Positions 45,215 to 55,505 of a stretch of 64,000 bases of DNA are shown here, in pieces. Below the pieces are notes generated by a model. It ran no database searches and had not been told where the DNA came from. It saw only the letters and a program-made list of their open reading frames with translations. Numbering within the stretch: the stretch's first letter is position 1; the number at the start of each line of letters is the position of its first letter. This DNA comes from a virus, in IMG/VR virus record IMGVR_UViG_3300032245_001520, positions 1 through 64,000 of that record; one strand, given 5' to 3'. The translations under genes were made by a program, and so were the position numbers.

Positions 45215-46375
45215 TTAGATGCTCGCGTGAAGGGAGTTGGCAATGTTGAGCAAGGTTTGGTCGGGTGGGAGGTCGGCAGGATCACCGATCCACCAGGCAA
45301 CGGTGACGATGGGGGAAGACCAGTTATTTGCGGCGGAAGCAGGGGCGGCTCCGCCGATAAACTGAGACCCGTTGACGTACCCTGTGGAAGTGGTGACCAC
45401 CCCGTTCGTCAGAGTGGCTGCACCGTTGATTGAGGAACGTGTTGCTTGCCCCGGACCCCGGTCGATGAACAGGTAGGTGTTTTTACCGAGGGTTGTCGTG
45501 TTTATAGTCTGTTCCCCGAAGCTTCGGGTGATTCCGTTGTCGACGTAGAAGGTGGTGCCGTTTCGTGTGAATGACAGGTTCTTTCCGCTCACAAATGTGG
45601 CGTTACTTGCAAACTCGTACACCCTACCACTTGCAGGGGAGGTTGCTGCGTTGAACTGAAAGATGAACCAACAAGCAGTACCTGTTTGGGGGGAGCCAGT
45701 CTGAGAGGCAACGTTGGTGAACTTTCGGACGGCTTGATCTGTTCCCGACGTCGGCCCCATTAGCTGGCCACAGTAACGCAGGGTGGGTGCGGGGACGGTG
45801 CCTCCGATGATGTCACAAGTCGCCTGAACGCTAAGACCGCTCGCCTGGTCATACCAACGTTGTAGGCTCACGTAAGTAGACCCGGTTAGGGGTGCGTAGT
45901 TCGCCATTGTCCAGTTGTTCGCCGAAGCGTTGTCAGTGACGTTGCGGCATTGAAACCACGCAGGGGTTGTCCACCCGGATGTCATCTGCCCTAGCATCGG
46001 CGTGTAGGAGCTTGTCACCTGCTGCTTCATCGAGTAGATGTGAACCCCAGTCAGACTCGGCAGAAGGTCGAACGGCAGCGGCGGATTCATGTCGACGGCG
46101 TTAAACCATGAGTACCCGTAAGTGTTCAACTGTTGGAGATTGGTATCGTACCACATCTCGCCAGGGGAGTTTCCTGCAGATCCCGCCGGGGTGGAGTTTG
46201 GTACGGTGGTCCCGACCTCGACAGGGCCCACTTTGCTAATGTCGCCACTAGAGCTTTTGAAGAAAATGCCGCCGCTTGTGGGGTTGAAATTTAGTCCCAG
46301 CTCGCCGCTTAGCAGGTCTCCAGGTTGGGGGCGTTTGTTTGCGGTGCCTGAGCGCTTGAGCAGAAAAGTTGACAT
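45215..46375 (-). CDS. array paralogue 7: KRSS module plus lectin-like domain
   Basis: LLKRSGTANKRP...GELGLN; WYDQ, ACW..FQF, KNT...D.G, AWWIG. Confidence 0.8.
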   Translation of the reverse strand: MSTFLLKRSGTANKRPQPGDLLSGELGLNFNPTSGGIFFKSSSGDISKVGPVEVGTTVPNSTPAGSAGNSPGEMWYDTNLQQLNTYGYSWFNAVDMNPPLPFDLLPSLTGVHIYSMKQQVTSSYTPMLGQMTSGWTTPAWFQCRNVTDNASANNWTMANYAPLTGSTYVSLQRWYDQASGLSVQATCDIIGGTVPAPTLRYCGQLMGPTSGTDQAVRKFTNVASQTGSPQTGTACWFIFQFNAATSPASGRVYEFASNATFVSGKNLSFTRNGTTFYVDNGITRSFGEQTINTTTLGKNTYLFIDRGPGQATRSSINGAATLTNGVVTTSTGYVNGSQFIGGAAPASAANNWSSPIVTVAWWIGDPADLPPDQTLLNIANSLHASI

Positions 46376-46376
46376 G

Positions 46377-47543
46377 TCAGATGCTCACGTGAAGGGTGTC
46401 GGCGATTGCCTTGATTTGTGCGGCTGTTGGGCAGTTGACAGTGGTGCCGATCCAGTACGCACAGGTCACGATGCCGTTGTTCCACTCTCTGTTGGCCTGC
46501 CGTGTACTGCCAGCACCGCCGACCCCCAACCCCTGACTGCCCACGGTGTATACGCCGGTGAAAGACGTTCCCGTCTGGAGTGCTCCCCCATTGAGCGAGT
46601 ACGAGACGGCGGTGCCAGTGTCATGGACCATGATCGTGTTCTTTCCGCCCACAGCGCCGTTCAAAGCTAAATTCGTGAAAACATTTCCATAGGACCGGTC
46701 AAACCTGATATTCTGCGTTGTGCCAACCCGAAGAAGTGAGAAAGACCCAGTGCCGAAAGTTCCAGAAGATGAGGCGCCTTCGAACAACGGTGGATTGCCC
46801 ACCGGACTGCTCGGGTCCGCAGAGTTAAACTGAACGATGCACCAGAACGCAGCCCCAGTCTCGGTCGCTGAGACCAGGTTGGGCGCGTCGTAGAACGCTC
46901 GGGACAATGCATCGTTGGAAGGTTTGAACCCAATGAGTTGCCCTACTTGGCCAAGAGGGACAGCGCTGGAGTTCGCATAAATCTGCGCCCCACCCGTGCT
47001 GACGAGAGTGCGAGAAGCCACCTGGTCATACAGACGAAAGGCATCCACCCAAGAACCCGACTCCTGATAGTTTCTGAGCCAACTGTTCTGAATGTTGTTG
47101 ACGGAACTTGAAGGAATAGGATTAATGTTGCTGCTATCGATCTGCTGCTTGACGCCCATTGTGTATGGAGTGGCCGTGTCAGAGAACTGCGGCCCAACAA
47201 GCCACTTGACTCCGTAAACGTGAAGGGGGCGACCGGCTGTTGGCAGAGTCGAGAAGAAGTCCTGAGCGAAGGAGTTTGTCGTGGCAGCCCACCCTGTACC
47301 GTTGTACACTCTGAGAGTGTTCATCGTGGTGTCGAGCCACGTCTCTCCTCTACAGGCATCCGCAGGAGCCACGGCGGCGACCTGTGCAGGGCCAACTTTC
47401 CTCAGATTGCTGCTGGAGTCCCGGTAGAACAGACCCAAACTACTGTCGTTGTTGTTGAGGACGAGCTCCCCCGCATAAAGACCCCCTACGAAAGGTCTGG
47501 CGTTTGCTGTTGACGATCTTTTAATCAGGAAAGAGATGCTCAT
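46377..47543 (-). CDS. array paralogue 6
   Basis: Start MSISFLIKRSS at 47543 (TAATG overlap); LYDQ, AFWCIVQF, KNT, AYWIG. Confidence 0.8.
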   Translation of the reverse strand: MSISFLIKRSSTANARPFVGGLYAGELVLNNNDSSLGLFYRDSSSNLRKVGPAQVAAVAPADACRGETWLDTTMNTLRVYNGTGWAATTNSFAQDFFSTLPTAGRPLHVYGVKWLVGPQFSDTATPYTMGVKQQIDSSNINPIPSSSVNNIQNSWLRNYQESGSWVDAFRLYDQVASRTLVSTGGAQIYANSSAVPLGQVGQLIGFKPSNDALSRAFYDAPNLVSATETGAAFWCIVQFNSADPSSPVGNPPLFEGASSSGTFGTGSFSLLRVGTTQNIRFDRSYGNVFTNLALNGAVGGKNTIMVHDTGTAVSYSLNGGALQTGTSFTGVYTVGSQGLGVGGAGSTRQANREWNNGIVTCAYWIGTTVNCPTAAQIKAIADTLHVSI

Positions 47544-48802
47544 TATGTGCTCACCGTTGCGTGAAGGAGTGTTGCCGCGTTTCGCACTGCGGTTTGTGAC
47601 GCGATGTTGGCAGGGGTGCCGACCCAAGCAGCTAGTGCGGTGTACGCGTTGCTGTTCCCGAAGTTGCTAGAAGCATTGGCAACGACCGATTGTCCCCCTA
47701 GCCAGGCGTAATTGAGACTGTAAGCTCCGCCTTGACTAACGGTTGTCACAGTTGGCGTGGTCCAAGCACCGCCGTTGTACGAGTACTGAATAAGTCCTCC
47801 GGCAGTTCCGCTGTCCCAGAACGCGAAAGTCGAGACCTGACCTGTCATGTTAGGCACCGCACAGTCGTACTGGGTTCGAGTATTTCCAGCCCCGATAAGA
47901 CGGGACAGACGGACAATCGTGGTGGAGGGTACCCAGGCACCTATGCCACCTCCTGTCCATCCGCCGTTAGTCCCCCCGAACTCAAAAACTTGGGGGCCCG
48001 ACGCGGCACCCGCATTGTACACAAACTGCACGATCCACCACCCGGCGTTGCCAGTCGTGTAACCAGTTGCAGTCCGAGCGTCACGGAACTTGCGGTTAGA
48101 GTTCGAGGTGACGGAGATGAGACCGTACATGTTACCGACTTTCACGGGAGGGAGGGGGAACCCTTTATCTGCAAACTCCGGATTCCCGTTGGCAATGGCC
48201 CCTCCAGACAGAGTCCTACCAGACACCTGGTCGATAATCATCGGAACTTGAATGATGCCGTCAGAGTCGTACAGGTAGGTGCCCATTGTCTTTTGATTGG
48301 ACTCCACCCAGTTCAGTGCCCTGACGGGTTCAGCGCTGTTGCCAATGCTACTAGCAGCAGTCAGAAAATTCCACCCGTTGCCGCTGGCGCGCCGATCGCT
48401 GTAGAGGTCGATGAGACCCCAGACATGCGAGGGGGGTGCGGCTGCCCCACCTGCTGTGGTCAGCCCGTCAAAGGGAAGAACTGTTCTACTTGCGGCTTGA
48501 CGAAGCCAAGCGCTGCCGTCATACGCATACAGAGAAGGAAAGGGCAACCCGGATCCCAACGGGTTCGGCTGCAACCAAGTCTCTCCTAGGCTATTACCGG
48601 AGGATCCAGGGGGGTTGAGGTTAGGCTGGTCTATGGATGTCTGAGTTGGCCCTATTTTTCCTACAGATCCGGAACTTGTAAGAGTGTAGATTCCCCCGTT
48701 GAGTCTGTTCTCGTTCAGGGCGAGTTCTCCTGACTGTAGTTGGGCAGGACTTGGCCTCTTTTCTATAGTGCTGCTGCGCTTGAGTAGGATTGAGACTGCC
48801 AT
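47543..48802 (-). CDS. array paralogue 5
   Basis: LLKRSSTIEKRP...GELALN; IDQ..RTL, WWIVQF, AAWVG. Confidence 0.8.
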   Translation of the reverse strand: MAVSILLKRSSTIEKRPSPAQLQSGELALNENRLNGGIYTLTSSGSVGKIGPTQTSIDQPNLNPPGSSGNSLGETWLQPNPLGSGLPFPSLYAYDGSAWLRQAASRTVLPFDGLTTAGGAAAPPSHVWGLIDLYSDRRASGNGWNFLTAASSIGNSAEPVRALNWVESNQKTMGTYLYDSDGIIQVPMIIDQVSGRTLSGGAIANGNPEFADKGFPLPPVKVGNMYGLISVTSNSNRKFRDARTATGYTTGNAGWWIVQFVYNAGAASGPQVFEFGGTNGGWTGGGIGAWVPSTTIVRLSRLIGAGNTRTQYDCAVPNMTGQVSTFAFWDSGTAGGLIQYSYNGGAWTTPTVTTVSQGGAYSLNYAWLGGQSVVANASSNFGNSNAYTALAAWVGTPANIASQTAVRNAATLLHATVST

Positions 48803-48804
48803 AG

Positions 48805-49983
48805 TTACGACACCCAGAGCTGGTCAGAAATTTGCTTGAGGAGTGCGTTCGTTGGCATATCGACCGGGGCTCCGACCCACCAGGCCACAGTGGCGATGGG
48901 AGCGTTCCACTGCTGGGGGACAAAACTGGTGCCGGTCACAATGGGACCGCCGACGGCGAAGCAGCCGTTCTGGTATCCAGTGTTGAAAGAGAGAGGTCCA
49001 TTCGTAAGTGCGCCCCCGTTCACCGAGTACTGGATGTTGGTTCCGGGCCCACGGTCGCAGTAGAGGATGACGTTCTTGTTCCCAGTGGAGTATGCGATTT
49101 GCAGGTCGACGCTGGTTCCGTTGCATCTCGCGAACACGGTGTTGTTTGCACCGTTGCGAATGATCTGTAAGCTCTTCCCTCCCACGAAGTTGTTGATCGC
49201 AGGCCCGAACTCGCAGATATACCCGTTGTTCGGCACTCTACCCGCTTCGCCGCTGAACACGGCCATTACCCAGCAGGCGTTGCCGTCCTGCCTGGTGACT
49301 GTCGTGCCGTCGAGCATCACACGACCCTGATAGTCAGTCAGCGCAGTCGGAGCGTAGGCACCACCGCAGTCGCCACCGTACAAAGAGTAGAGTACAGGAG
49401 GCCCGTCTGTCTCAGTTGTGTCTCCCTGGAGATGGCGAGTGCCGACCTGGTCGTACCAGCGAGTCATCGTGGCGTACCAACTGCCGGTGTTGGCACTGTT
49501 GTTGCTGGTCCAGATGAGGGCATTCGTCCAAGGTTTACTTGTCCACAGAGGTACCGGAATCAGATTCCTGTCACCGAGTTGCGTATCGAAACTGAACGCG
49601 AGAGGGCTGCTAGTGTTAGTAAGTTGTTTCTGCGTCGAGTAAATGTGGACTCCGGTCGTGCTCGGCAGCAGGTCGAACGGCAGCGCTGGGTTCATGGGCA
49701 CGCCGACCCACCCATTGGCTCCAGTGAAAGTCTTGAGCGAGTTCTGTGTCGTGTCGAGCCACATCTCGCCTAGGGAGTTGCCAGCGAAGCCAGCAGGTGT
49801 GGCATTCGGCGCAGTCGTGCCAACGTGCACCGGGCCAGCTTTCGACAGGGCACCACCAGCGTCCTTGAAGAAGATGCCGGGGGATGCTGTGTTGGTGTTG
49901 AGCGCTAGTTCGCCGTCAGCGAGGAGGGCGGGATCGGGTCGTTTGTTGGCGACTGCGCTGCGTTTCAGGAAAAAGTTTGCCAT
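48805..49983 (-). CDS. array paralogue 4
   Basis: Start MANFFLKRSAVANKRP at 49983; WYDQ, KN...DRG, AWWVG. Confidence 0.8.
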   Translation of the reverse strand: MANFFLKRSAVANKRPDPALLADGELALNTNTASPGIFFKDAGGALSKAGPVHVGTTAPNATPAGFAGNSLGEMWLDTTQNSLKTFTGANGWVGVPMNPALPFDLLPSTTGVHIYSTQKQLTNTSSPLAFSFDTQLGDRNLIPVPLWTSKPWTNALIWTSNNSANTGSWYATMTRWYDQVGTRHLQGDTTETDGPPVLYSLYGGDCGGAYAPTALTDYQGRVMLDGTTVTRQDGNACWVMAVFSGEAGRVPNNGYICEFGPAINNFVGGKSLQIIRNGANNTVFARCNGTSVDLQIAYSTGNKNVILYCDRGPGTNIQYSVNGGALTNGPLSFNTGYQNGCFAVGGPIVTGTSFVPQQWNAPIATVAWWVGAPVDMPTNALLKQISDQLWVS

Positions 49984-49988
49984 AGTTA

Positions 49989-51176
49989 TCAAATCAGGGC
50001 ATGCATCTGAGACGCCAAAGATTGCATAGTCGCTGCCGTCGGACAGTTGGCTGTGGTACCAACCCAGTAAGCGGCTGTGCAGAGAGCACAGTTCAAGTTT
50101 CGCGAGTTAGGCTGATAATCAGCGCCACCAATGTTCACGCCACCGTTGCCAATGATGTAATCTTGGTTTCTTGAGGTGTTGCCAGCCACAAGTGCGGAAC
50201 CGTTGATGCTCATTTGAACGTTACCCGTGCCGTTGTCGTAGTAGAGAAGTGTGTTTTTGGCGTACTGCGTCGTGTCACAAACGATGTTGTTGTTGAACAT
50301 GTACGGGTCGGTGCCATCCACTCGCCTGGCGATAAGCAGGTTGCTTCCTGTTCCCCTCTGAATGGTGACAGACCCGTTTCCGTAAGTGTTTTCTGAGGAC
50401 CACAGCTCCATGACGATTTGGCCGTTGTTGGTGTTGGGGGCAGAAAGATTGAACTGAAGGATGCACCAGAACGCTGGCCCCTGCTCAGTCGCCTGAGGAA
50501 TGGTCGACTGGAGATCTTTCCAGTACCGAGTGGCATTGTCCGCATTGGAGGGCACTGGACCCCACAGGTTTCCAACGAGCGGTGTCCCCGTGATTCCGGC
50601 AGCGGGCCAGTACCAGGGAACGTTGCCGACCAGAGTGCGGTTGCCGGTTTGATCGAAAAATCGTTGACACGTGGAGTCGCTTTCGCCATTGACGATGGTG
50701 GCGGGCCAACTGTTCTGAATGGTGTTGTTAGTCGACGCTGGAACGTAAACCTGCTGGTTCGGCGCGTTCGCCGTCTGGATGCAGCATGTGAACCCCGACC
50801 CGACCTTCGCTGTGGACGAAATCGAAACCCACTGCCGGGTGCTCCAGACATGAAGAGGAGTCTGCACCCCTGAGAGAGACCCGAGCACTCTGCTGCTGGT
50901 GCCAGGTGCGGCGGCACGGTACCACGAGGAAGCACCACGAACGTTCAGCCAGGGACCAGTCGTGTCGAGCCAGGTGGAACCGACTGTCGGGTTGACCGGG
51001 GCAGCCACAGACTGCGTGGCCGGACCCACTTTGACTAAGGACCCAGCGGAGTCCTTCAGGAAGATTCCGGGGGAGGATGCATTGTTATTGATATTGAGCT
51101 CGCCTTCGGCCAGATTGCCGACTGTCGGCTGGGCGTTGGCCGTTGAACTTCTTCGAAACAAGAATGAGACTGCCAT
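49989..51176 (-). CDS. array paralogue 3
   Basis: FRRSSTANAQP...GELNIN; FDQ..RTL, AFWCILQF, KNT, AYWVG. Confidence 0.8.
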   Translation of the reverse strand: MAVSFLFRRSSTANAQPTVGNLAEGELNINNNASSPGIFLKDSAGSLVKVGPATQSVAAPVNPTVGSTWLDTTGPWLNVRGASSWYRAAAPGTSSRVLGSLSGVQTPLHVWSTRQWVSISSTAKVGSGFTCCIQTANAPNQQVYVPASTNNTIQNSWPATIVNGESDSTCQRFFDQTGNRTLVGNVPWYWPAAGITGTPLVGNLWGPVPSNADNATRYWKDLQSTIPQATEQGPAFWCILQFNLSAPNTNNGQIVMELWSSENTYGNGSVTIQRGTGSNLLIARRVDGTDPYMFNNNIVCDTTQYAKNTLLYYDNGTGNVQMSINGSALVAGNTSRNQDYIIGNGGVNIGGADYQPNSRNLNCALCTAAYWVGTTANCPTAATMQSLASQMHALI

Positions 51177-51179
51177 GAT

Positions 51180-52421
51180 TTACACCGATGCGTGAAGAGA
51201 AACGGCAGCGGCCAACAGCGATGCCTGTGTGGGCATACCTGCGTTATTGCCAACGTAGTAAACGCAAGCGGAGATGGGGTTGGCGTTGCCGAAGTTGTTG
51301 GCAGCGATTGCGTCTCCGGAGTTCCTTCTTCCTAAGAACATTCTGGAGTCAGTGTAGTTCGAGTTGGAGGAAACACCGGACTCCAGGAAGGCTGTCCACG
51401 CACCACCGTTGAAGGAGTAACGAAGGACTGTGCCGTCGTCGTAGACTGCGAAGGTGTTCTTGTTGTTGTCGCCGGTGTTGAAGGCCAGGGCAGCGGTGGT
51501 GCGAATGCTCGTGGCTCCGGAGATGCCCCTGTAATAGGTGATGTTACCGGCCCCCCTGTTAACGTCGATAGCGACGGAGGCATTCCCCCACGCGCCGTCC
51601 GTTTGTGTGAAGGTCATGAAACGACGACCATTCTCAGTGGCGCCGTTCAGACCAAACTGGCAAGTTATCCAGAAGTTCGTTCCAGTGGTTCCCCCACCGA
51701 CAGCGTCTATCCACCCGCGAGAGATGTTGTCAGTGTAGCAGCAAGGGGCGAAGAGGGAACCGACTCTCCACCAGTTGCCGCTGCCTACCACGTTGACAGT
51801 GGCGCCGCCGAATCCAAAGATGGCGCCACTGTTGAGTGCTGAGATAAGAGTCCGCTGCCGAGTCACCTGGTCGATGAGTTGGTAGCAGTGGCAGTAGTCC
51901 TCGACTGCGTTAAGGTTGTAGGTCGTCAGGTTGCAAGCAGCTGCGGATCCACCGCCACCACCGGCAAAGTTGCAACCGGGGTTGGTGGTGGCGTTCGACG
52001 TCATGAACGTGAACGGTAGCTGACCGACGACGGGGTCAGTGTAAAGGTTGTTCATCCCCCAGGCGTGCTTAGGACTCACCTTGGTTCCCGATGCATTGAC
52101 AAGGTTATCGAACGGGAGAGTCTGGTTCAAGTCGGGAAATGTCGACCAAGCTCCGGTACTTACATTGAGCTTAGGCGCAGAGCCGGTCTGCAACCAAAAC
52201 TCTCCGACCGTTGTTCCAGAGGATCCAACCGGATTTCCGTTGGGCGTGTTTGATGATACTTGAGCAGGTCCCAACTTCGAGATGGTGGTCCCGTTACTGT
52301 TCTTCAGGAACAGGCCGGGTGCCACTGCTGCGGTGTTAAGGGCAAGCTCTCCGAAGTCTATTTGAGTCGTGTCGGGACGTTTGTTCGCGACTGCCGACCG
52401 TTTTAACAAAAAATTGGCCAT
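51180..52421 (-). CDS. array paralogue 2
   Basis: LLKRSAVANKRP...GELALN; IDQ...RTL, FWITCQF, KNT, YYVG. Confidence 0.8.
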   Translation of the reverse strand: MANFLLKRSAVANKRPDTTQIDFGELALNTAAVAPGLFLKNSNGTTISKLGPAQVSSNTPNGNPVGSSGTTVGEFWLQTGSAPKLNVSTGAWSTFPDLNQTLPFDNLVNASGTKVSPKHAWGMNNLYTDPVVGQLPFTFMTSNATTNPGCNFAGGGGGSAAACNLTTYNLNAVEDYCHCYQLIDQVTRQRTLISALNSGAIFGFGGATVNVVGSGNWWRVGSLFAPCCYTDNISRGWIDAVGGGTTGTNFWITCQFGLNGATENGRRFMTFTQTDGAWGNASVAIDVNRGAGNITYYRGISGATSIRTTAALAFNTGDNNKNTFAVYDDGTVLRYSFNGGAWTAFLESGVSSNSNYTDSRMFLGRRNSGDAIAANNFGNANPISACVYYVGNNAGMPTQASLLAAAVSLHASV

Positions 52422-52469
52422 GAGGATAAGGGTCCCCCCAAATAATCAGCCGAAGCTGTTTCTCTCAAG

Positions 52470-52479
52470 GGTTTTACCC
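52470..52479 (-). promoter_or_regulatory. GGGTAAAACC putative late promoter
   Basis: Upstream of ATG 52421; heads six closely spaced paralogues. Confidence 0.7.
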
Positions 52480-52485
52480 TCGCCT

Positions 52486-53661
52486 TCAGGTCTGAGCGTC
52501 AAGTTGCTCCGCCATCGCAACGAGTGCTGCCCAAGTCGGAGAGTTGAACCGGCTGCCAACCCAGTAGGCAACGGTGATAATCGGGTTGTTCACTCCCCAA
52601 TTCTTGGCGTTGTCCACCGTTGCTGGACCGCCGATAGTGATGTTGCCAATGCTGTAGTCGCCAGCGAGGTTGACGAAACCGCTGTCGGTCACACCGTTTA
52701 TCCACGCTTTGACAGGGTCGGTGCCGTTCCCAGGGTCGTGGACGAGCAGCGTGTTCTTGGATCCCAAACCGGGGTTCACCGTAAGAGCGTCGGTGTAAGG
52801 GAGTGTAGAGAGTGGCCCATTTCGGTAAAACTTGACGGTGTTCGTGGAACCCTCTCTCTTGATGTGCACTGACCCGTTCGTCGGTGTGAAACCCGGACCT
52901 GTGAACTCCAGAAGGTACCCGTCCGGAACGACATTCCAAGCACCAAATTGAACAACGCACCAAAATGCTCGACCGATTCCAATCACGTCCGGCGTCCGGG
53001 CAGTCCTAAAGGGAGAGTTCCGAAGCGTAGAGAACTGGGGTCCATAGCTGATACCCACTGAAGCGGGTACTTGGCCAGCCACAAAGACACCGCCCTCGCC
53101 GACCAGGGTCCGCAATTCCTCGGTCTGCGAAAACCACTTCGTCATAGAGGTGGAGGTGGAACCTGCATCGATGGCCAGCAGGTAGTTGTTTGTTTTGTTG
53201 GGGTCGGTGAAGGGTGGCAGAGTCTGCAGGGAATCAGGGTACTGCGACGCCACGAAAGCGCCAACATTGTAAGACGAGGGGTTGGTGTTCACCTGCCTCA
53301 TCGACCACGAGCAGATTGGTTGGCAAGCACCCTGCAGAGGGAAACTAACAGTGGAGGGTGTAAACTGAGACTGTGCCCATCCGCCGCCAGTGTAAATCTT
53401 GAAAGTGTTGTCTCGTGTGTCGTACCACATTTCACCGAGGGAGTTCCCCGAGAAACCCCCTAGTGGCGGAGTCTGGTTTGGTGCAGTGCTGCTGACTTGA
53501 ACCGGACCAACTTTGACCAGACCGGTGCCAGAGGCAGTCTTGAAGAACACCCCTGGATACAAATCGGCATCGTTGACTGCTACCTCACCGAAGGCAAGGG
53601 CGCCGGGTTGTGGTCGTTTATGCTCTGTTGACGACCTTTTCAGCGTGATTGTCAAGGCCAT
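52486..53661 (-). CDS. array paralogue 1
   Basis: LKRSSTEHKRP...GEVAVN; WFSQ..RTL, AFWCVVQF, KNT, AYWVG. Confidence 0.8.
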   Translation of the reverse strand: MALTITLKRSSTEHKRPQPGALAFGEVAVNDADLYPGVFFKTASGTGLVKVGPVQVSSTAPNQTPPLGGFSGNSLGEMWYDTRDNTFKIYTGGGWAQSQFTPSTVSFPLQGACQPICSWSMRQVNTNPSSYNVGAFVASQYPDSLQTLPPFTDPNKTNNYLLAIDAGSTSTSMTKWFSQTEELRTLVGEGGVFVAGQVPASVGISYGPQFSTLRNSPFRTARTPDVIGIGRAFWCVVQFGAWNVVPDGYLLEFTGPGFTPTNGSVHIKREGSTNTVKFYRNGPLSTLPYTDALTVNPGLGSKNTLLVHDPGNGTDPVKAWINGVTDSGFVNLAGDYSIGNITIGGPATVDNAKNWGVNNPIITVAYWVGSRFNSPTWAALVAMAEQLDAQT

Positions 53662-53669
53662 GGTCGTCC

Positions 53670-55400
53670 TCAGAAGCTGCCGCCGTCAACAGTTCCCGTG
53701 TACCTGAGTTGGTTCCCAGCAGGGTTGACTTCGAGCATTTGACCGGCAGTTCCGATGGGGAGAACACCTGGTCCTGGCCCAGTGGTGAGACCCTGGAGGA
53801 TAGTGCCTGGCTGGGCATACTCACTCTGACCCACCTCATTGAGAACGGTGCTCAAGAAGTCGTACGTAATCGCAGTGGTCGGACCAACGGGGTCAAGGAC
53901 GTCGTCCGCGATAAACACCGGACCCCTTTGGGTGGCGCTGGTTGGAATGCCGAGAAGAGTTTGGGGGGAGACGACTAAGGAAGCCTCTGACCCCGCATTG
54001 ACTTGCTCCTGTGTGGCGTATCGGGCGAGTCCGGACAGACTGGTGCTTGCGATTCTGCCGTTTAACGTGGACGGCGTAACAACCTTGAAGTCATTCTCAC
54101 CAATGTTGACCTCCAACTGAGTCGCCAACAGAGCCAGACCCGGACTGAACTCGCTTGCCTCCAGAGAGGACAGACCGAGAGGCGTCACAGCGATAGTATC
54201 GTCCGTGCCCGCCTGAGTCTCCCCAGGTTCTGCGAGGCGCACGATGCCCTTGACAGTGGTGCTGGCATCGGGTACCGAGGATGAACCGATGGGAATGTAC
54301 TCCCAAGCAGTGCCACTGCACACATACCAGTCGCCAGGGTTGACCGTGTCAGGTGTGCCACCGGGGGGAGTGTAGACTCCAGCAGTGTCGACCACCACGA
54401 AGTAGCTGGTAAGACCAGCAGCGGCAGCAGGCAGGTCAGCACCGACAGTGAAACCTTTGGCAGCACCTGCGGTGGTCACCGTGCTCACTTTGCCGGTGTT
54501 ACCGTTCAGTGTCCCTGCGAGTGTGAGTCCGCCACTGATAGACAGGTTGTTGATTTGAGTTTGGAGAGCAGCGCCAGCACTCGCAGTCAGAGCAATGGTG
54601 TCATCATTGAGAGCCAGAGAGTCTGTCAGTGCGACAACACCAGGAGTGCCGATGGCGCCATCTGCGACACTGATGATTGAGTTGCTATCAACGTTAATGT
54701 TCTGGCCGACCTGAAGTATGCCTGCCTGGCCAACAGAACCGGAGTTGACGCTGACGATACCAGCGGTGGCCGTCAGACCCGTGCCAGGTTGCATGACACC
54801 AACCGTGGTCGCAGAAGCGATGGCGACGCCGATGATGGCGTTGGTCGTGCCGATGACGCTGATGGATCCGGATCCCGCGATCGTCTCCACTCCACCCGGA
54901 CTGGGGAGAACCCACCGGACGCCAGTGGCAGAGGCAGGGTCAGCAGTCAGTACTGTTCCTGGCCCACCGATGGCAACGTTGACTGGAACGCCAGCGCCGG
55001 AAGCAGCCAGGATGGCGCCTTTCGCCGGATAGGCACCCGTGAGGACGGGCGGAGTGGCGTAAAGAGTGGGAGGAGCGTTGAGGCGACCGAAGGCATCGAA
55101 GGAGACACGACGAACATAGTCGTAGCTAGCAGCGGCGATACCAACGGTTGCGAGACCGATCGTGCCTGTGTCGATGATGCCAGTCGCGGGGTTGGTGACA
55201 ATACCGACGCCTGCCGTGACCTCGGAGACACCGCCACCACCACCACCACCACCAGTGACGTTCAGGTAGTTACCAGAAACTGCGAGACCTGACCCAACAA
55301 TCAACAGACCTGTGGGCGTGTTGAGACCGAATGTTGGCGGCCAGTAGAATGGCGAGTTGGGGATGGGGATTAGGAAACTTGGGGGATTAGGCAGCGACAT
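53670..55400 (-). CDS. tail fibre protein
   Basis: IPNSPF N-terminus, AS....G...LAT..E...G......VTP repeats, ends VDGGSF; ATG at 55400 preferred. Confidence 0.78.
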   Translation of the reverse strand: MSLPNPPSFLIPIPNSPFYWPPTFGLNTPTGLLIVGSGLAVSGNYLNVTGGGGGGGGVSEVTAGVGIVTNPATGIIDTGTIGLATVGIAAASYDYVRRVSFDAFGRLNAPPTLYATPPVLTGAYPAKGAILAASGAGVPVNVAIGGPGTVLTADPASATGVRWVLPSPGGVETIAGSGSISVIGTTNAIIGVAIASATTVGVMQPGTGLTATAGIVSVNSGSVGQAGILQVGQNINVDSNSIISVADGAIGTPGVVALTDSLALNDDTIALTASAGAALQTQINNLSISGGLTLAGTLNGNTGKVSTVTTAGAAKGFTVGADLPAAAAGLTSYFVVVDTAGVYTPPGGTPDTVNPGDWYVCSGTAWEYIPIGSSSVPDASTTVKGIVRLAEPGETQAGTDDTIAVTPLGLSSLEASEFSPGLALLATQLEVNIGENDFKVVTPSTLNGRIASTSLSGLARYATQEQVNAGSEASLVVSPQTLLGIPTSATQRGPVFIADDVLDPVGPTTAITYDFLSTVLNEVGQSEYAQPGTILQGLTTGPGPGVLPIGTAGQMLEVNPAGNQLRYTGTVDGGSF

Positions 55401-55495
55401 GAGGTCTCCGAAGGCAGGGATATCTGTGGCGCAAAAGCGAGTTGTGAAAAAGTTGAGGACCCCTGTAGAAACAGGGGCCACGTTTATCGTTGTGT

Positions 55496-55505
55496 GGTTT
55501 TACCC
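55496..55505 (-). promoter_or_regulatory. GGGTAAAACC putative late promoter
   Basis: Upstream of the fibre gene; its TAA is the endonuclease stop. Confidence 0.7.

Noticed and set aside
45215-53661. Diversity-generating retroelement or shufflon behind the paralogue array
   Set aside because: No reverse transcriptase, no near-identical template/variable repeat pair, no invertase; all copies are complete and co-oriented. An RT outside the window cannot be excluded
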